Shown here in pieces: positions 1-21,159 of a stretch of 64,000 bases of DNA. Position numbers and translations under genes: made by a program. Under the pieces are notes generated by a model. It was given only the letters and a program-made list of their open reading frames with translations. It did not search any database and was not told the DNA's origin. Source of the DNA: the human T2T-CHM13v2.0 reference genome, Homo sapiens; assembly GCF_009914755.1 (NCBI RefSeq), contig NC_060931.1; one strand, written 5' to 3'. Within the stretch, counting starts at the first letter, position 1. The number at the start of each line of letters is the position of its first letter.

Positions 1-15
1 TAAAAATCTATTCCT

Positions 16-290
16 GGCCAGGTGCAGTGGCTAATGCCTGTAATCCCAGCACTTCGGGTGTCTGAGGTGGGTGGATCACCTGAGGTCGGGAGTTCGAGAC
101 CAGCCTGACCAACATGGAGAAACACTGTCTCTACTAAAAACACAAAATTAGCTGGCATGGTGGCACATGATTGTAATTCCAGCTACTTGGGAGGCTGAGA
201 CAGGAGAATCGCTTGAACCTGGGAGGCAGAGGTTGCGGTGAGCCATTGCACTCCAGCCTAGGCAACAAGAGCAAAACTCCATTTCAAATA
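16..290 (+). mobile_element. AluS (AluSp-like)
   Basis: Full Alu consensus. TSD aaatctattcct / aaatatattcct. Confidence 0.9.
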
Positions 291-381
291 TATTCCTTTT
301 TATATGCATGACACCTAATGCAAACAAAACAAATATACAATTTTTTATTAACAAATAAATGTTACAGCATGTAAGATTAAT

Positions 382-575
382 CAGCTGGACCTGGTGGTCC
401 ACATCTGTAGTCCCAGCTGCTGTGGAATCTGAGGAGGGAGGATGACTCGGGCCCAGTAATTAATTGCTTTGAGGGTGTAATGCCCAATGATCGTGCCTGT
501 GAATAGCCACTGCACTCTAGCCTGGGTGACACAGCAAGACATTGTCTCTAAAATGAAACAAAGCAAAACAAAAAA
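382..575 (+). mobile_element. Old Alu right monomer (FRAM/AluJo-like)
   Basis: Diverged right-arm sequence with an A-rich tail. Confidence 0.75.
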
Positions 576-610
576 TTAATCAAAAACAAGTCTTAGGATA
601 GCTTGGGCCT

Positions 611-965
611 TGTCTTAGTCAGTTTGGACCGCTATAACAAATTATCATAGACTGGGGAGCTTCTAAACAACAGATATTTATTCCTCTGGAGGCTGGAAGT
701 CTGAGATCAGGGTGCCAGCATGGCTGGTTTCTGGGGAGGGTCCACTTCTTGGTTCATGGACAGCCATCCTCTCATTGCATCCTCATGTGGTGGAAAGAGG
801 GCAAAGGAGATCTCTGGAGCCCCTTTTACAAGGGCACTAATCCCAATCGTGAGGGCTCCACCCTTATGACCTAATCACCTCCTAAAGGCCCCACCTCCAA
901 ATGCCATCACCTTGGGCACTAGGATTCAACATCAATTTTAGGGGGACACAAATGTTCAGTCTATG
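611..965 (-). mobile_element. MLT1-type ERVL-MaLR LTR
   Basis: tgtcttagtcagtttgg...gctataacaaa...ggggacacaaatgttcagtc is typical MaLR LTR sequence. Confidence 0.8.
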
Positions 966-1731
966 GGAGGCCTCATTTCCACAAAAATATATAGAAGCAT
1001 AAACTTGGAGAAATATTAATCTAGATGTTTCTGATGAAGAAACTGCTCTGTCTGAACTCCAGCATCCATTTTGAAGTCATCTATAGGGGATCTTCCTTGC
1101 CATGTGGTAGGAGTGCCTTGTATACACCCTCTGCCTGCCACCTACTTCCAGCCTTACCTGGCTCCAGCCCCTCCTCCTCACTTCTTCGAGAGTGATCTGT
1201 CTAATACATAAATAAGTGATCAAATCACCCCCTTCCAAAATCCTTCTGTGGCTCTGCACAGCTGAGGGAACAGGATTTTTACTCAGGGTGAGCCAAAAGA
1301 GCTCTGTAATTGGATCTCCAGACATTTCTCTAGCTTTATCTCTTGCATATCCTTCATGCAAACAGGGTTTGAAATGATTCCCATTCCCTAAACACTCTAT
1401 CCTCCTGGCCTTCATTTTTGCTGTTCACATGGCCTGGAACGTACGTACCCTTCCCCAGAGGAAGATCTGCTGTGAACCAAGAGAAGCTTACACTTCAGGC
1501 CTCCTTACTTGAATGGGCCCCTCCGAGTCCCTGAGTCTAACACTGTATTCCTAATTTTTCTATCCTTTTTTTTTTTCTAAAGGCAACCTCCCCTTAATTG
1601 TCTACATTTAAGGCCCCATAAACCTGGGCCTGCCCTTGCTTCCCCTCATCCTCCCCGGCCCCCCACTCCCAGTTGGATTTTGGTTTACTGAGATTGGTCT
1701 TCCAAGTCAAGTTGCCTCTTCCTCCCTGGAT

Positions 1732-1733
<2 letters not shown>

Positions 1734-1783
<50 letters not shown>
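1734..1783. repeat. (CA)n microsatellite, ~25 units
   Basis: Seen directly. Confidence 0.98.
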
Positions 1784-1784
<1 letters not shown>

Positions 1785-1785
<1 letters not shown>

Positions 1786-1970
1786 TCCTTGACCAAACTC
1801 TAGCCAGGCGTTTTTTTGAGCCCTCTTCTTGACTAGACCTTAACCTTGGCTTATAAAAACTACAGACTCTCAGCATAAATGATTTCATCCAGTCTCTTCC
1901 CCTCACATGTAAAGACTTGACCAAATACTAACACAGCCTCTAACAGCTCCAGGCTGCACCCCTAGGATGA
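1785..1970 (+). mobile_element. ERV1 LTR fragment (MER67/MER31-like)
   Basis: ccttgaccaaactctagccaggc...gagccctcttcttgactag...ccctaggatga resembles the 5' part of the MER67/MER31 LTRs. Confidence 0.6.
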
Positions 1971-3069
1971 GCAGGAGGTCGAGACTCTGCCTGGGAGATG
2001 CAGCTGGAGGTGAGTGATGCCAGGCCGGGTCCCAGGCACATCATATGCACGGCACAAAGGTGCTGTTCCCATCCAAACAGAGCTAACCTATGTGAGAGCT
2101 GGGCGTGGCAGGGGTGGGGAATTCAGGACTCTTATCCAAGTCCTGGGGCAGCCAGAAGCCCCCTTCCAGTAAACCCCTCTAACAAACCCACACTGCACAT
2201 GCACACATACACATATACCCCAGTGCTTTGTCCTGGACGTGCTCTGGGGATCCCTGAGCTCACTTCCCTCCCCTGCCCACAGTCCACAGCCAATTCCACC
2301 CCTGCCTGACTCAGGATGGCAGCAGGGAGTGCAATGGCAAGTGTTTGAGGGGCTGGCTGGGTGTACTGGGCTCCAGGGCCCATGTGAGTGTAAAACTCAA
2401 GCACACATGGCAACCACGCTGCTGCCTGCTGGGATCCAGAAAGCCCTCCAGCAGAAGCCCAGGTTGTTCCTCACACACTCAGTTTCCTTGAGGAATAGGC
2501 ACCCTTTAAAATGTGCATAGCAGTTCCGAAGGGCTGCTAAAACCCATGGAAAAAGGGAACTGCACATAAGATCTAACACTTGGCTTCCATTACATGCTTG
2601 ACTGCTACAAAACACACCTGCTACACGGCATATTTGCATATGTGTTGTTCAAATTGTAATTAAAAAAAAAAAGGCTAAAGTTAAAAAAAAATTGATTCCA
2701 AGCCCTAATCAATCTCATGGCCAGACCGATCAAGAGCCATTGATCAAGGAGCCTAGTGAGGATGGCAATTTCCTTCCACAGGCCGCAAATGTGGCATTTC
2801 AGTTTCCCATCCTGAGTGCAACTGATGTGAAATTGCACTTCTATGTGCAATTCCAGTGCACATAGAAGCACATTTCTCTTTCCTACTAACACAGACAGGA
2901 CCAAGGTGCAATTATCATGTTTCTTTCATGACATGTTCTTTTCTATCAAGGAGGAATAAGGACCAAAATCGTCGTTTAAAAACAAGCAAATTTCTCTCCT
3001 TTTCGTTGGTTGAGCAAGTGGTTTCTTTCCTAAGTTTGTATTGTTATAAACAATATATAAAGTACAGAG

Positions 3070-3880
3070 AATAATTAAATTATCAAGTCATGAAAAGACA
3101 CAGAGAGCCGAGCTCAGTGGCTCACACCTGTAATCCCAGCACTTTGGGAAGCCGAGGTGGGAAGATTCCTTGACCCCAGGAATTCGAGACCAGCCTAGGC
3201 AACGTAGCAAGATCCCCATCTCTAAAAAAATTTTAAAAATCAGCCAGGCGTAGTGGCACATGCTTGTAGTCCCAGCTATTCAGGAGGCTGAGACAGGAGG
3301 ATCCCTTGAGCCTAGGAGTTTGAGGCTGCAATGAGCCGTGTTTCTACCCCTGCACTCCAGCGCGGGTAACAGAGTGAGACTCAGTCTCAAAAAAAGAAAA
3401 GACAAGACATGGAGGATATGCATATTACTGAGTGAAGAAAAGCCAATCTGAAAAGGCTATATACTGAATGATTCCAACTATATGACATCCTGGAAAAGGC
3501 AAAACTATGGAAGCAGTAAAAAGATCAGTGGCTGCCAGGGGTTTGTGGGGAGCGGGGAATGAATAAGCAGAGCACAGAGGATTTTTAGGGCAGCAGAACT
3601 AGTCGGAATTATAATGGTGGGTACATGTCATTATACATTTGTCCAAACCCACAGAATGTACAACACCAAGAGTGAACTCTAATGCAAACTCTGGACTCTG
3701 GATGATACTGATGTGTCAATGCAGGCTCATCAGCTGTAACAAACGTACCAGGCTGGTGGGGGGTGTTGATAATGGGGGTAGCTGTGCACTGGGGAGCAGG
3801 GGATATATGAGAACTCTGAACTTTCTGCTCAGTTTTGCTGTGAACCTAAAACTGCTCTAAAATATAGTTTATTTTTTTAA
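3070..3880 (+). mobile_element. L1MC-type 3' end interrupted by an AluJ (3107-3397)
   Basis: gccaatctgaaaaggctatatactg...gtgaacctaaaactgctctaaaa. The Alu is flanked by gaaaagaca. Confidence 0.8.
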
Positions 3881-4050
3881 AAAAACTGAGCTAAGAGCAT
3901 CTCTCAGAGAGTATTAGTACCCACTCCAGAGAAGGGTAATATTTAATCCCTTAAATTTAAAATCCCTTAAATTTAAAATCTTCAATAACAACAAAAAAAG
4001 TACTGGTAGAAGGATAACTTCCGTATCTTACGTACTAAGAGCAAACTTTA

Positions 4051-5100
4051 TTTTTACTTTTTTAAAATTTTTTTATTTTCTATTTTTTTAGGTTGGAAGG
4101 ATTTTATATATATATATATATATATATTATACTTTAAATTTTAGGGTACATGTGCACAACGTGCAGGTTAGTTACATATGTATACATGTGCCATGTTGGC
4201 GTGCTGCACCCATTAACTCGTCATTTAGCATTAGGTATATCTCCTAATGCCATCTCTTCCCCCTCCCCTCACCCCACAACAGGCCCAGGTGTGTGATATT
4301 CCCCTTCCTGTGTCCATGTGTTCTCATTGTTCAATTCCCACCTATGAGTGAGAACATGTGGTGTTTGGTTTTTTGTCCTTGTGATAGTTTGCTGAGAATG
4401 ATGGTTTCCAGCTTCATCCATGTCCCTACAAAGGACATGAACTCATCCTTTTTTATGGCTGCATAGTATTCCATGGTGTATATGTGCCACATTTTCTTAA
4501 TCCAGTCTATCATTGATGGACATTTGGGTTGGTTCAAGTCTTTGCTATTGTGAATAGTGCCACAATAAACATACGTGTGCATGTGTCTTTATAGTAGCAT
4601 GATTTATAATCCTTTGGGTATATACCCAGTAATGGGATGGCTGGGTCAAATGGTATTTCTAGTTCTAGATCCCTGAGGAATCGCTACAGTGACTTCCACA
4701 ATGGTTGAACTAGTTTACAGTCACAACAACAGTGTAAAAGTGTTCCTATTTCTCCACATCCTCTCCAGCACCTGTTGTGTCCTGACTTTTTAATGATCGC
4801 CATTCTAACTGGTGTGAGATGGTATCTCATTGTGGTTTTGATTTGCATTTCTCTGATGGCCAGTGATGATGAGCATTTTTTCATGTGTCTTTTGGCTGCA
4901 TAAATGTCTTCTTTTGAGAAGTGTCTGCTCATATCCTTCACCCACTTTTTGATGGGGTTGTTTTTTTCTTGTAAATTTGTTTGAGTTCTTTGTAGATTCT
5001 GGATATTAGCCCTTTGTCAGATGGGTAGATTGTAAAAATTTTCTCCCATTCTGTAGGTTGCCTGTTCACTCTGATGGTAGTTTCTTTTGCTGTGCAGAAG
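4051..5100 (-). mobile_element. 5'-truncated L1PA (about 1 kb: ORF2 C-terminus and 3'UTR)
   Basis: ORFs 4331..4582 and 4684..4941 translate to the L1 ORF2 C-terminus. TSD aagagcaaacttta (4037-4050) / aagagcaaatttta (5101-5114). Confidence 0.95.
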
Positions 5101-5375
5101 AAGAGCAAATTTTAACACCTAAATTTATTTATCAAGTCCATTCTTAGAATGACTGAATCAATCAGAAGTGGCTCATTTACTCTTCAGAAAGCTATTCTCA
5201 TCTATTCTGGAAAAATATATGACATACAGCCAATGTAGGCCCAGCTCTTCTTCACATGAAGTTTTATTCATCTAACCCCAGCTTTCTGATGTCTGTGCAG
5301 ACAGTCTAGTTTGTCATTCCTCTTAGTTCATGTCACTCTGTCACCACTGGCCTCTGCAAGGTCTCCTCATTTCAC

Positions 5376-5674
5376 TTTTTTTTTTTTTGAGATGGAATCT
5401 CGCTCTGTTGCCTAGGCTGAGACCAGTACAGTGGTGCAATCTCGACTCACTGCAACCTCTGCCTCCTGGGTTCAAGGGATTCTCCTGCCTCAGCCTCCTG
5501 AGTAGCTGGGATTACAGGCACCTGCCACCACGCCTGGCTAAGTTTTGTATTTTTAGTGAAGACGGGGTTTCACCATGTTGGCCAGGCTAGTGTCGAACTC
5601 CCACCCTCAAGCAATCCACCCACCTCGGCCTCCCAAAGTGCTGGGATTACAGGGGTGAGCCACCATACCCAGCC
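5376..5674 (-). mobile_element. AluS
   Basis: Alu consensus. TSD atttcact. Confidence 0.9.
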
Positions 5675-6280
5675 TTATTTCACTCTCTAATCCCTTTTAT
5701 TCCCATCCCCCTCTCTCATTCTCCTATGGCTATTTCCCTAAGGCAACCATATGAGCCCCTGTATGCGCTCTTGTGAAATGTGAAGTGTTATTATAAGTTC
5801 AGGTGTTTGCATTTACATTAGTACTCATGCTGCTGCTTAGTTTTTTCACTCAGTAGTAATATTTCCAAGACCTACTTAGGCCGCTATGTGCCTATGGTCC
5901 AGAGCTTCCAGCGGCTGCAGAGGATTCTATCACGTGAGCCCACCACAATTCATTTCTCTGTTCTCTGGTAGACCGACTCATAGGCTGCCTCCAAGTCCCA
6001 CTTCATAGCACACCTGCTCATTCATGGGCCTGTGATTGTATTTTCCTGGAAAATATTGCCAGATGCAGTGTCACTAAGTCACAGCAGAAACACTTTAATT
6101 AAACTTGGTACTATGGGATGACCTGCTTCTCAAATTGACATAAGGATATTTCATTCAGTTGAGCCAGAAATTGAAATTGACTTTTCATTGTTTCTGTCTT
6201 CCTATATCATGATAGACAACAGTCATGTTTATGCCTCACCTAAGAATAATATGCACGGTATTCCCACTGTTAGATATTAA

Positions 6281-6680
<400 letters not shown>

Positions 6681-7855
6681 AACATGGTTTTTAAGAAGAT
6701 GGTTATGAATAAAATTCTAGGGAGTGTGCATTTTAGCTGAATTAAACAATAAAATCTCCTCCCTCTTACTATATACCTATGCGTAGATTTCTCACCTTCA
6801 CACCTGAGGCCAGGTTATTAAAATTAAAAATAAATTTTCACCATCAAATAGGCTGGAGTCATGCCAGATTTGGGGAGATACAAAGGAAGAAAATGTGTTC
6901 AAGAAGGCAACTCTGTTGACTTTTTTGGAACTCTTTATGAAACCACAGTGTGTTTTTCCCAGAAATGAACTAAGATGCAGATACTATCACTCCATTCTGA
7001 AAGTCTGTCCTAGCAGTGTGAACAAACAACGCAACCAGGTTAGGAGGGTAGAAGATAGCTGTGTCACACACCACGCTAATGAGAAAAACCTCCAGCATTG
7101 TGCCTCAGAAGGCTGAGACTGGGGGAATTTTGAACCATTCTTATTCTATAAGACACTAGAATGTACATGCCAGGTAGGCAGGAGTTTTAATAATTTTAAA
7201 ATGACTTTTAACATTTAAAAATAGTTTTCATAGACTTGATATATCACTGCAAGAGCTAAATTTTCCTGGAGACAAATAGAACCTCCCATCATCTCCCCAG
7301 CATCTCCAGTTTGCTTTCAGGGATGGCAGCTTTCCAAGCCATCTCTGGATGAAGACCACACGAAATGCAGCTACATCAACAGAAGCAAACAAACCTCTCA
7401 CCTCCCAACTTCCTGAGGGTGAGGGCAGGCGACCCCCTTTGAAAAGCACTGGGGTGGGGATGTAGGTGAGGGGTGCTGGCCAGGGGTCATCTGCATAAGA
7501 TGTGTGATGGGAGGAATTTGCATGTAAGGCAAATCAGAACTTAATGATTATCTAAGGGTGAAGACATTCTCATTTTTTACCCAGAGATGTTCAGCTGAAC
7601 ATTTCATGTTGTTCACATAATTTATTTTTTACTTGCATCTGTGGCTTTCCATGAAACCCAAAGAGTTAATGTGAGTTGGCCAAAGTCACATCAGGTTAAG
7701 TAGCTCAGCATGGATATTTTTTAAAGTAGCTGATCCTCTCCAGGCTAAAAATTCTCTGCTTTAAACCCTCATCAGCAAGACTGCTTTAGATACTGGGACA
7801 ATATAGTGAGTTATAGAATCTGAGTTGAAAGTAACATTAGAAGCCAAGTTCCATC

Positions 7856-7925
7856 CTCTCTCTCTCTCTTACACACACACACATACACACACACACACAC
7901 ACATACACACACACACACACACACA
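7856..7925. repeat. (CT)n-(CA)n compound microsatellite
   Basis: Seen directly. Confidence 0.95.
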
Positions 7926-8685
7926 TCCATTTAGTCATGCCTCAAGAAAGATGATCTGTCTCTGTTTGGTAACCAGTGAATGATGTTCAACACATTAAGA
8001 AGGAGTCTCTTAAATCCTATATACTGAAAATGTCTACATCTTATGACGTAATTCTAATAATTTGCCTAATAGAAAAATAATTCAAAGGAAAAAAAGCTAA
8101 AAGCTAGGAAGATAATCTGGAAAAATAATAGCTGTTTCTAATAATTGCTATTCTAGATAATGTAACATATTGGGAAAAGAAATTAAATATCAAATAATAA
8201 GGTAATGGCAAAATAGTATTACTATGAGATATTATATAGCTATAAATGATAACTATGAAAACTCATTAGAATTTTTTACTTGGCCAAGTTACAAAATACT
8301 AAAAAGTATGTACATGTAGTCCTAATGCTGGTGAAGATACAGTTAGAGGTATCATCAAACATGGACATTAGGGGTATACTTTTTTTAGGGATATACATTT
8401 GACCAGGATTTCTGAAATATAATTGATATTTTGGAATAAAATCCTTTCAGTCTATTCAGGTCATTTGCCTCAGTAATTTTACCTCCAGGAACTGATTCTA
8501 AAGAAACAATATGACACCTAGACAATTTATACAGATACAGAAACTGCACACCATTATTTATAATAGCAAAACATTAAAAACAACCATATGTTTAACATGA
8601 GGGGAATGATTAAATTCTGATAGATCCATTCAAGAAAATGTTATGCAGAAAAAATGATATAAATCTATATCTATAGGTACACATA

Positions 8686-10060
8686 AGCATGCCTCATTCT
8701 ACTGCACTTTGCTTTAATACACTTCACAGATATTGTATTTTCCTACAAATTGAAGATTTGTGGACTGATCTTACATTTTTTTTACAAATTGAAGATTTGT
8801 GGCAACGCTGTGTAGAGCACATTGGCACCATTTTTCCAACAGCATGTGCTCCTGGGTCTCTGTGTCACATTTTGGTAATTCTTGCAACCTTTCCCACTTT
8901 TTCATTATTATTATATCTGTCATGGTGATCTATTATGAGTGATCTTTGATGTTACTACTGTATTTGTTTTGTAGTACCACCAACCTCACCCATATAAGAC
9001 AATGAGCTCAATCAATAAATGTTATGTGTGTTCTCACTGCTCCACTAACTGGCCATTCCCCCATCTCTCTCCCTCTTTTGGGGCCTCCCTATTCCTGAGA
9101 CACAACAATATTGAAATTAGGCCATTTAATAACCCTAAAATGGCCTCTAAGTGCTCACGTGAAAGGAAGAGCCCTATGTCCCTCATTCTTTTTTTTTTTT
9201 TGAAACGGAGTCTTGCTCTGTTGCCCAGGCTGGAGTGCAGTGGCGCGATCTTGGCTCACTGTAAGCTCCGCCTCCCAGGTTCATGCCATTCTCCTGCCTC
9301 AGCCTCCTGAGTAGCTGGGACTACAGGTGCCTGCCACCACGCCCGGCTAATTTTTTGTATTTTTAGTAGAGCTGGGGTTTCACCATGTTAGCCAGGATGG
9401 TCTCGATCTCCTGACCTCGTGATCCACCCGCCTCGGCCTCCCAAAGTGCTGGGATTACAGGCATGAGCCACCGCGCCTGGCCCCCCTATGTCCCTCATTC
9501 TAAATCAAAAGCTAGAAATGATTAAGCTTGGTGAGGAAGACATGGCACAAGCTGAGATAGGCCCAAAGCTAGGCCTCTTTTGCCAAATAGATGGCCAAGT
9601 TGTGAATGTAAAGAAGAAGTTCTTGAACCAAATGAAAAGTGCTACCCCAGTGAACACACAAAGGATTAGAAAGTGAAACAGCCTTATTGTTCATATGGAG
9701 AAAGTTTGAGTGGTCTGGATAGAAGACCAATCTGGCCACAACAGTCCCTTAAGCCAAAGCCCAATCCAGGGCAAGGCCCTGACTCACTTCAATTCTGTGA
9801 AGGCTGAGAGAGGTGAGGAACTGCAGAAGAAAAATCTGAAGCTAACAGAGGGTGGTTCATGAGGTTTTAGGAAAGAAACCGTCTCTGTAACATAAAAGTG
9901 CAAGGTGAAGCAGCAGATGTGGGAGCTGCAGCAAGGTGTCCAGGAGCTCTGGCTCTGACCATTGATGAAGGTGGCGACACTCAAAAGAGATTTTCAATGT
10001 AGATCAAAACAGTCTTTTGTTGGGAGGAGATGCCATTTAGGACTTTCATAGTTAAAGAGA
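8686..10060 (+). mobile_element. Tigger1 (TcMar) 5' portion, interrupted by an AluY
   Basis: Tigger1 transposase-like peptides ([13 protein letters not shown]...KSATPVNT). Parallels the copy at 17.5 kb. Confidence 0.9.
9190..9483 (-). mobile_element. AluY inside Tigger1
   Basis: AluY diagnostics (gtaagctcc, ttagccaggatggtctcgatctcc). Perfect 18-bp TSD ccctatgtccctcattct (9172-9189 / 9484-9501). Confidence 0.93.
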
Positions 10061-10127
10061 TTTTTTCTTTTCTGTACTTGAATTTACTTTCCAAAAATCT
10101 CTTGGAAAAATTATCATTTCATAATAA

Positions 10128-10925
<798 letters not shown>

Positions 10926-11029
10926 TTAAATAACTTACCCAAGGTCACGTATATAGAAAGAAGCAAAGGTGAACCCAAATTCTGGCATAGTACCACACTA
11001 CATTAATACCCGATTCTTCTGTTATGTAC

Positions 11030-11102
11030 TTTATTATTATTACAATTACTCCTATTACTACCACTACTACTACTACTGCTAACACTATTACTATTATTAT
11101 TA
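11030..11102. repeat. Degenerate (TAT/TAC)n trinucleotide tract
   Basis: Seen directly. Confidence 0.85.
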
Positions 11103-11689
11103 GGATGTAACATGTTGTAATATATTTTACCAATTATTTAAAAACCATTCTAACAAAGCCACTTACTCAATTTTATTTCTCAATATGTTTTCGTTTTTAA
11201 TCAAATCTCATTACCCAAAGTCATGTATATAGTAAGCACAGGCAAATGTGTTTTCAGTGCTGTGACTGCAAAGTTTATGTTCCTATCCTATACGTTATTA
11301 GTTTTACCATTACTGCTTCTACTACAATGATGATGGTGATTATTAGGGTATGCCACATCATATTACATTCTAGCAATTACTTTTAAAACATTCTAGCAAA
11401 ACCACACCACTCAATTTTATTTCTTTCTAATTTTTTGTTTTTAATGGACTCTTCATCTTTGACCCTGGTAGAGGGATGTTTTCAGTTACAAAGCATTTAG
11501 GTTGCACAACCCATTAGTTTGAGTAAGTTGCATAGTAACTTTGGGCGACCCTAGCGGGGAAGCTCTATGTCTGGGTCGGCACATGTGTGTTTGGGGTGGG
11601 GTTAATTGTGAATTAAACATCACCATGTCTTCTGGGTTTCCATCTGATGTGTAAAGGGCTTGGATGCCCATAAAGCAGTCTAGTGTCAT

Positions 11690-12880
<1,191 letters not shown>

Positions 12881-13329
12881 CCATGTTACTCAATCATTAT
12901 GTTACACCAAATAACAGACACCATTACTCTGAATGTATCTTATTTGCCATGGAAAATGAAACAGAGTTATCTCTTAAAAAGCACAAAATTAAACAATTTG
13001 CTGTGAAATAATGTTTCTGCTACCTACTAAAAAAATCCCAAGGCTTATAAATCTAAAGAAATGGTAACATATTCACTGGGAACTATTTTTTTCCAGAACC
13101 AAAAAGGTTGTCAATTTTTGCACATCAACAGAGTGACCTGAATCTTGGCCTGTGTCCTATGCTTTCCCTCCTTTGCACAATAGAGAAATACTCTTGTTCT
13201 TCTGAAGGCCTGTTTCCCCATCTGAAGGCGAGTTCCCCCACTATGCTCTGAATCCCAATTCCTCTCACTTTCTCCTTTGTCTTTTGCATTATCCATAACC
13301 TCCCCCACTCCATGGATCACTCCCATTAG

Positions 13330-13969
<640 letters not shown>

Positions 13970-14249
13970 CCAGATTTTTTTTTTAACCTAGAACTTTAAT
14001 AGGATTAAATAAAATTTTCTTGATTTTTGGCTCTGTGTTTTAGCCTGTCAATACCATTTTGAATTCTGATTTTGCCATCCATCACAATCTTTCTAAAATT
14101 GTGAGACATCTGAAAATTCAGTTAACTCTGAACACAAAGATGTGACAAGTATGCAGATACTTACCCCAGCTTCTGAGGTTCAGGGGCCAGTTACATCAGA
14201 AGGTGAAACCTTAATTATCCTGATAGGGATTGAAGTGTGGAGGACTTTG

Positions 14250-14885
14250 TCACAGGCGAAAGCATACTTTCGGCCTTGCACATGTCTGGGTCAAGCGGAA
14301 ACTTACCCTTTGCCCTCTGATGGTTCACTGAAAAATCAACGGACAAAATGCAGATTATTAAGGGTAATGGCGCACAAACTGATTAGCATGCACGGGGGAG
14401 GAAAATTACTCAGTGATTGCCACACCACACGATGGGTACAAATGGTTCTAGACCCTTCTTCTTAGAGGAAAGGGAGACGGGGAAGCGCGGGCCATTTTGG
14501 GGGATAGTAAATGATTTGTAAGGGAATTCAATGGGCTTGAAGAACATACAATGACCTGAGACAAAGTCTGTTGTGCCTGCGGAGCAGACAATGATTTGTG
14601 ACAAAAGTCTGTCCAGTTGCATTGACAGACTTAGTCTTTCTTCCTGCGATATGAGTTCAGTTAACAAGACCTCAGGGAAGGGACCAGAGGTCACTTTTCT
14701 CTTTTTTGTAAGTCCAGATGTTAGGCAGATAAGGGAACCTCAGAGAACAACTTCATCCTGTATTTCGGGAGAGACAGAGGATGGAGAGACAGGAGGCAGC
14801 GGGGTCAGAGAGAACTCGAGACCTCTTCTTCAGGTCAGCATGTCAGAGTGCCATATTTTGGGGTATTGTTTCCTGAGCCCCAACA
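14250..14885 (-). mobile_element. ERV1 LTR (MER34/MER39-like)
   Basis: Minus strand begins TGTTGGGCTCAGGAAACAATACCCCAAAATATGGC, typical of MER4-group LTRs. Left boundary approximate. Confidence 0.7.
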
Positions 14886-14893
14886 CAGAAATA

Positions 14894-14971
14894 TTAGACT
14901 GGTGCCAAGTAATTGCAGTTTTTGCCACTAAAAGTAATGATGACACCGCAATTACTTTTGCACCAACCTCA
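14894..14971. mobile_element. MADE1 (Hsmar1-derived mariner MITE)
   Basis: ta|ttagactggtgccaagtaattgcagttttt...gcaattacttttgcaccaacctca|ta. About 80-bp palindromic element with TA TSD. Confidence 0.9.
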
Positions 14972-15638
14972 TAGTTGGTAAGCTACTTCTGGTTCATTCC
15001 TGTCTGATCGGTGGCTGGGGGAGTCACAGCGGGACACCAGCCGTGGCAGGAAATGCCTTATGAGGAGTTGATAGGTTCACCTGGATAGCAGTTAAAGAGA
15101 GTCCTGCAGTCAAGGAAAAGACATCGATACAGATGTTTTTCACAAGGGTCCCTAAAAATGCAGCTTGTGAGCTAAGTCTCACCGTTGTCCAGCATTAAAG
15201 ACAAAGGCTCAAAACCAAGGGTCACTTTCTGGACCCGGCTTGCCTAGTCACGAAGTTCTCATCTCAGCCACAAACCTGGGAAACCTCTGCAAAATTCCAT
15301 GAACTGTATCAGGAGGTCAGTGGGGCATTGCCTGTCAACTAGAGCACAGGATAGGCACAAAAGGGTGGGACTCCCTAGGATGCTCTAGCTGCTGGGTGCC
15401 ATTTCCCTCCAGCAGTTAGAAAAATGGCTGCTGGAGAGCCCCAGAATATCTTCTGATCTTTCTTTCCGGATTGCATCTCACACAAATTCTTATCCTTTTA
15501 TTGCCACCCTCTGCCCTTGTGTACTCTGGAATCCAAACCAATAGCTTACCAGAAGGTCAATTAGAAAGAAAATCATCCCCATCCGTCCCGATCGCCAAAC
15601 AACATTAAGTTGGCTTAGATTTATTTGTTATTTAAAAA

Positions 15639-17399
<1,761 letters not shown>

Positions 17400-17535
17400 T
17401 AAGCCCTGTTTTTCTCCTAACTTCTTGCACTAACATTTTCTTTGAAACAATCTCAGAATTTTAAAATGCTTAATGAAAGGAACTACTGATCTGGGGTATA
17501 TTCTAATACTATATCCCAGAATGAAAATCCATATA

Positions 17536-21159
<3,624 letters not shown>

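Noticed and set aside
1998-2910. Plus-strand donor GAG|gtgagt (~2009), acceptor-like ttccttccacag (~2780) and TACTAAC (2884)
   Set aside because: Isolated splice-like motifs with no coherent exon or ORF. The branch motif is too close to the next AG, and such motifs are expected by chance.
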